64,000 nucleotides of DNA, taken from positions 51,584,001-51,648,000 of the forward strand of contig NC_135658.1 of the NCBI RefSeq assembly GCF_964188315.1, in the 5' to 3' direction. This document shows, in pieces, positions 59,815 to 64,000 of this stretch. How positions within the stretch are numbered: position 1 is the first letter of the stretch; every line of letters begins with the position of its first letter. Below the pieces are notes generated by a model that had not been told where the DNA came from, did no database searches, and saw nothing but the letters and a program-made list of their open reading frames with translations. The DNA comes from Podarcis muralis (taxonomy: Eukaryota). A program made the position numbers and the translations under genes.

Positions 59815-59940
59815 CGTCCTGATCATGTCACCCTTCTCCTTAAGTCTCTGAACTGGCTTCTTGTACCATTCTCCAAATTAGTTTTCATCATTAAATGCTT
59901 ATATATCATGATCCGCACTTCTCTGCCACCAAATTAGAAG
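59815..59940 (+). mobile_element. Old L2 ORF2 C-terminal remnant
   Basis: DHVTLLLKSLNWLLVP..LVFIIKCLY resembles the L2 motif HITPxLxxLHWLPV. Confidence 0.6.
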
Positions 59941-60859
59941 AGGCATGTATTGTCTCACTTGGTTACTTAGGAATTTCACAATGTCTTGCTTCTCTTAGCA
60001 ACAGCTGTCAGCAGTGGTTTTATCTGCCTCTTAGAGAGTTTTTATCTGGAATACTAAACATGTCAGGCCCTGCAAGATGTGAAACTTAATCAAGAAGGGG
60101 AGTGCTTTTCCCCCAGCACGGGGAAATAACATATGATTGCCTTAACAAAAGGTGCGATTTCTAAGACACCCACTACTTCTTATTTTAGAAAATAAATAGC
60201 ACTACCTTTTCCCAATCTAAGACTGCAGTCCGATGCCCACTTCCTTGGAGTGGGCCCCACTGATCTTAATGGTATAAACGTCAGGAGAACAGTCATGTAG
60301 GAAATGAATTGAACATCCCCCTCTAATGCTACTTCTTTACTCTAAATGCCCCTCTACCAAAGTTCTTTTTCATTTAGAAACAATAATACTGTCAGGTCAG
60401 GACTCAGCTAAGCATTTTTTCCATGGGACATGTTTTTATCCCCTAAACTGTAGGGAAGTGAGGTACATACATCTTCTTTGTAAAACTGAATTTTCACACA
60501 CACACCTCAAGCGCCCAGATGTGGCCATTGATTATGCATTCACATTAAGTAACCCCTGTAACCTTCTTTAGGTAGGCATGGAGATCAATCCTGTATTTGT
60601 TTATTTAGATGCAAGTCGTCCTGAGTTCAGTGGAGTTTACTCCCAAGACATTGTGCAAAGGATTCTATCCTGAGATGGTCGGTGGCCAATGTCGGGGGGT
60701 GGGGTGGGACATGCACCTAATCTTAGCATGCATCTAAGCAGGCCATGAATGTAGAGCAAACAACAGCTGTGGATGAACTGTGTCAAGGCATTGCTGCCAA
60801 TGAACTAGTCCCTATTTGCTCAGTGATGCCAGGGTGAGCAATGTTTCTAGTGGTGACAT

Positions 60860-61505
60860 TGTAGCCTTATTTGAGTTCACCGATTGGGTCTGCGTTGCTC
60901 CGGGACAGGAGGAAGGAAGTCAAATGACACCGAGGTTGGTTCAAAGAAAGAGTTTATTCTGCTCTCCGGATAGCAGAAGGCACTTGCGTGATCAAGTCCA
61001 CAGCAAGTCCAAAGAAATGACAAGTTTCATGCAGTATATATATCCTCCAGGCACCCTCTCCCTCCTTCCCATATAAATCCAACCACGTCAGCCTATGTAC
61101 GCAGGTTGACATCACATATGTTCTTGCTCTAGTATTCTTAACCAGAAAAGGGAATTCCTTCCTGTACTTCTGACCATAAAAGGATCTTCCTCTTCCTACT
61201 CTTATCTTGGAGGAAGAGGTCATCATCTCTGGGAACACGCTTCTGGCGTTGTTCCCGGACTTCGGTCTGTGCGTCTTTTGTGGTCATAACATAAGATAAG
61301 TCACAAATGTGTTTTCTCTGTTCTACTGGTACAGTCAGGGTCATCCTTGACGTCACAAACTGATAAAGGAGAAAGCTGTGTTCTTGTTATGCATTTGCTC
61401 AACGGCTCAAGTTTATGCATTTTAGCTAAGGAAAAATAGGGATTTTGGTGCAGTTTAAAACTGCCTGCACAGTCAGTTTGGGGTTTTGGGAAACCCATTC
61501 CTTCA
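60860..61505 (-). mobile_element. Candidate solo LTR (~646 bp)
   Basis: tgtag...cttca ends with 4-bp TSD acat. Minus-strand aataaa at ~60953-60958 and TATA-like run at ~61035-61043. Confidence 0.5.
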
Positions 61506-62279
61506 ACATCTCCACCAGGACCTGGGGTGTCATTATGCATGTGTAGGACAAGGCCAATGGCATAACTCCAATCACCAGACTTGTCTATTGATCAGTGTGA
61601 GACAGGAGTCGGGATAATTCACATAGGAAGTGCGAGCTATCTTTACTGATTGTATAATGCCAAGTTATAGTCAGATGTTGTTGAAATCTGCCTCCCTAAC
61701 TCACTTCTATTTCTAACCTAATCTAACTCAAGAACTTGAGCTACATTAAAACATCAATGTAAGAAAACTCATAATCTTCTTCTTCTTCTTCTTCTTTAAA
61801 TTTGTATACCATCCTTCATCCATAAATCTCAGGGCACTTCACAGCATAAAAGTACAAAAAACACAAAATGCATAATAAAAACAAGAACAAAGAACAAAAC
61901 AAATACCCTCCCCCCCATTATAGGATTCAAATCATCCCCAAGCTCCATAACTTTAGTCATTAAAAGACCAGCCTTTAAATAAACTAGAAAAAATGTTCAG
62001 GACTGGATTCTTAAAAGCAAAGGAAATAATAGAAACCTTTTGTTGTTCAGATGTGTTTATGAAATTGTCTTAGGACTGTACATGATATCATTAAGAGGGC
62101 ACTGTTTCGTGATGCTGGAGATTATAGTAGAAAACGCAAGAGCTAAGACTGATTTATGACGAGCATCTTTAGTATGCTGGGAAAATTGAAACTGAGATCT
62201 GTCATACCTCATTGAACCATCTATCAGGGGGCCGTAGATTCAGAAGGTTCCAGAAATAATGTGCTGTAAGTACTCATGG

Positions 62280-62500
62280 AGGTTAAGGCTATCAGTGGCT
62301 GCTAACGCTGATGGCTTGGTTCTGCCTCCACTGCTGGACCCAGAATGCTTCTAAACACCAGTTGCTTAAACTGCAGGAGGGGAGAGTGCTAGTGCGCTTG
62401 TGGGCTTTCAATGTGCATCTGGTTGGCCACTGTGAAAACAGGATGCTGGATTAGATGGGCTACTGTCCTGATCCATTAGGTTTTTTAATACTCATAAGTA
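62280..62500 (+). mobile_element. Old CR1 3'-end fragment
   Basis: ctggttggccactgtgaaaacaggatgctggattagatgggc is the rc of the CR1 UTR motif at 10040-10085. Confidence 0.6.
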
Positions 62501-64000
62501 ACATACTGCCCTGCCCAGAGCTGCCCAGAACTCTCCTGGCTTCAAGTATTCGGCAAAAGTGTGCCATTAAAGGTGTGATGCCAAATACACAACTCGAGGA
62601 ACTGTTGGCAATATAGTATTTAAACCTGAAATTATAAAATTAGTTGTAGCCAGATCATAGTACCTGAAGCTATTGCACATTTTCAGCCTATTGTCTATCA
62701 GCACTCAACAGATGCACTGAATTTCCACATTATTGTTAATTATTATTTCCTCAAAACCTGGAATTTCTAATAACTCAGGAAACAGTTGGATGAAAACAAA
62801 TGGATCTTATATATAATGAAAAACACAATTTAAATTATAAAGGCAAGAGCTCCCTCTAGGCAACTGTTCTGGTATTTTCAGCAAAGGAAAGTTGGCACAT
62901 ACTACTTCAGCATTTGTGTAACAAGAGACATTTTAGACACCTCATAGAGATTGGCTTTGTTTTTTGGGATGAAGAGAAGTGCAGGAATTCAGCTGTGCTA
63001 TGCAATACAGAAACATGCTGAGGGACACAATTGCCTTCAGAGACATTTTTTTATCAATGCTGTTTGGAAATGGGAGGATGCATTTTGCAAACATTTTTGC
63101 CCCCTGTAGAGGTGTCTGCACTTTTAGCAATTTTTCACATCCTTTTGTGAAAGTGTTCACAAACAGACAGAGGAAATGCTCCCCACTGCTAGACAGAGGG
63201 TTCCTTGCCCCACAGTTGACTAGGTGTAGCAGAATTAGGTTGGCAATGTTTACACACACATACAAATTTGTGGATAGGCAACACTGTCCCTTATCTGGAT
63301 ATAATCCACTGCATTCTTTTCGGTGATTTGCATGCCTAGATAGGATCCTCACTCTGCCTTCTGCCCCCAATACTTCATATGGTTGCCAGACAGAGGAATG
63401 GCAGGCAATGAAACAGAAAATGGGGGAAATTCTGATGTTAACATTATGGTTTAATCTGCTTTTTAGGGAAGCAATTCAGCTAATAGGTGGGGGGGGGGGG
63501 GTTCAAGCTATGAATTCTTAACAATATACATTCAATTGCTCCAGCCTGAAAAGGAAAATCTGGGAAATGAAAATAGCAGTCATTCTTGTGCACTGATCAG
63601 CCTTGTGGATTTCTTCCCATATTGGCAGAAAGCTAATGTGCATGTAAATATGTGGATGAAAAACCTTGCATTCAGCACGAGACATGATAAAGAGATCTCT
63701 GCATGGAGCTGATGTACCAGTTGCTGCAAATAGTCGTTCCCCTGTCCTTCCCTCCTTTCCTTGTGCCAAAGAGATCATTGGCACTCTGAGCATCATCACT
63801 TTGATAAGTTATATTGGACATGAAAGGTCACAGAGTGCCAGTCCATCTTTTGCAAGGGGGAGAGAATGAGGACTTCTCTCTGTGCATCAGTTTTGAAGGG
63901 CCCTTTTTGCAAGTCAGGGCCCCATTCCCTGCATAATTGAAGAAATAAGACACATGGACACCAGTATTTTAGGTTAATGGGTTAAAAAAAGGCCACAACT

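Noticed and set aside
62942-63370. Overlapping 142-aa and 115-aa ORFs on opposite strands
   Set aside because: No domain, no convincing splice context and no compositional signal. Compatible with chance.
1-64000. CRISPR arrays, operons or prokaryotic defence systems
   Set aside because: The sequence is vertebrate. All repeats are TEs, microsatellites or two-copy duplications, with no repeat-spacer array.

Overview
Eukaryotic (squamate) genomic DNA, most likely from a lacertid lizard. This is inferred from Sauria SINEs, a BovB LINE, and CR1, L2, L1 and Penelope fragments. The window looks intronic or intergenic and is rich in transposable elements. I recognise no host protein-coding gene, only a few splice-site-flanked exon candidates. 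There are no rRNA, tRNA or CRISPR features, and one 136-N gap. Well-supported elements: a young 5'-truncated CR1 with an open 466-aa RT segment; a young Penelope element (RT C-terminus plus GIY-YIG, 13-bp TSD) with a minimal hammerhead ribozyme in its 3' pseudo-LTR; a BovB 3' fragment; four Sauria SINEs with TSDs; an internally deleted DD34E Tc1; a Tigger-like MITE with a nested hAT; about a dozen non-autonomous hAT/MITE copies, most with 8-bp TSDs; and several solo LTRs. Most interesting observations: (i) a Penelope-hammerhead/bipartite-BovB composite enclosed by one 16-bp direct repeat; (ii) the intact minimal hammerhead; (iii) a solo LTR whose putative U3 is an uninterrupted acidic Pro-rich ORF; (iv) hAT elements carrying CpG-rich promoter-like interiors; (v) a MITE family with a shared body but different, self-matching termini; (vi) a perfect 46-bp-arm hairpin. 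Family names come from motif recognition and memory, not database searches.
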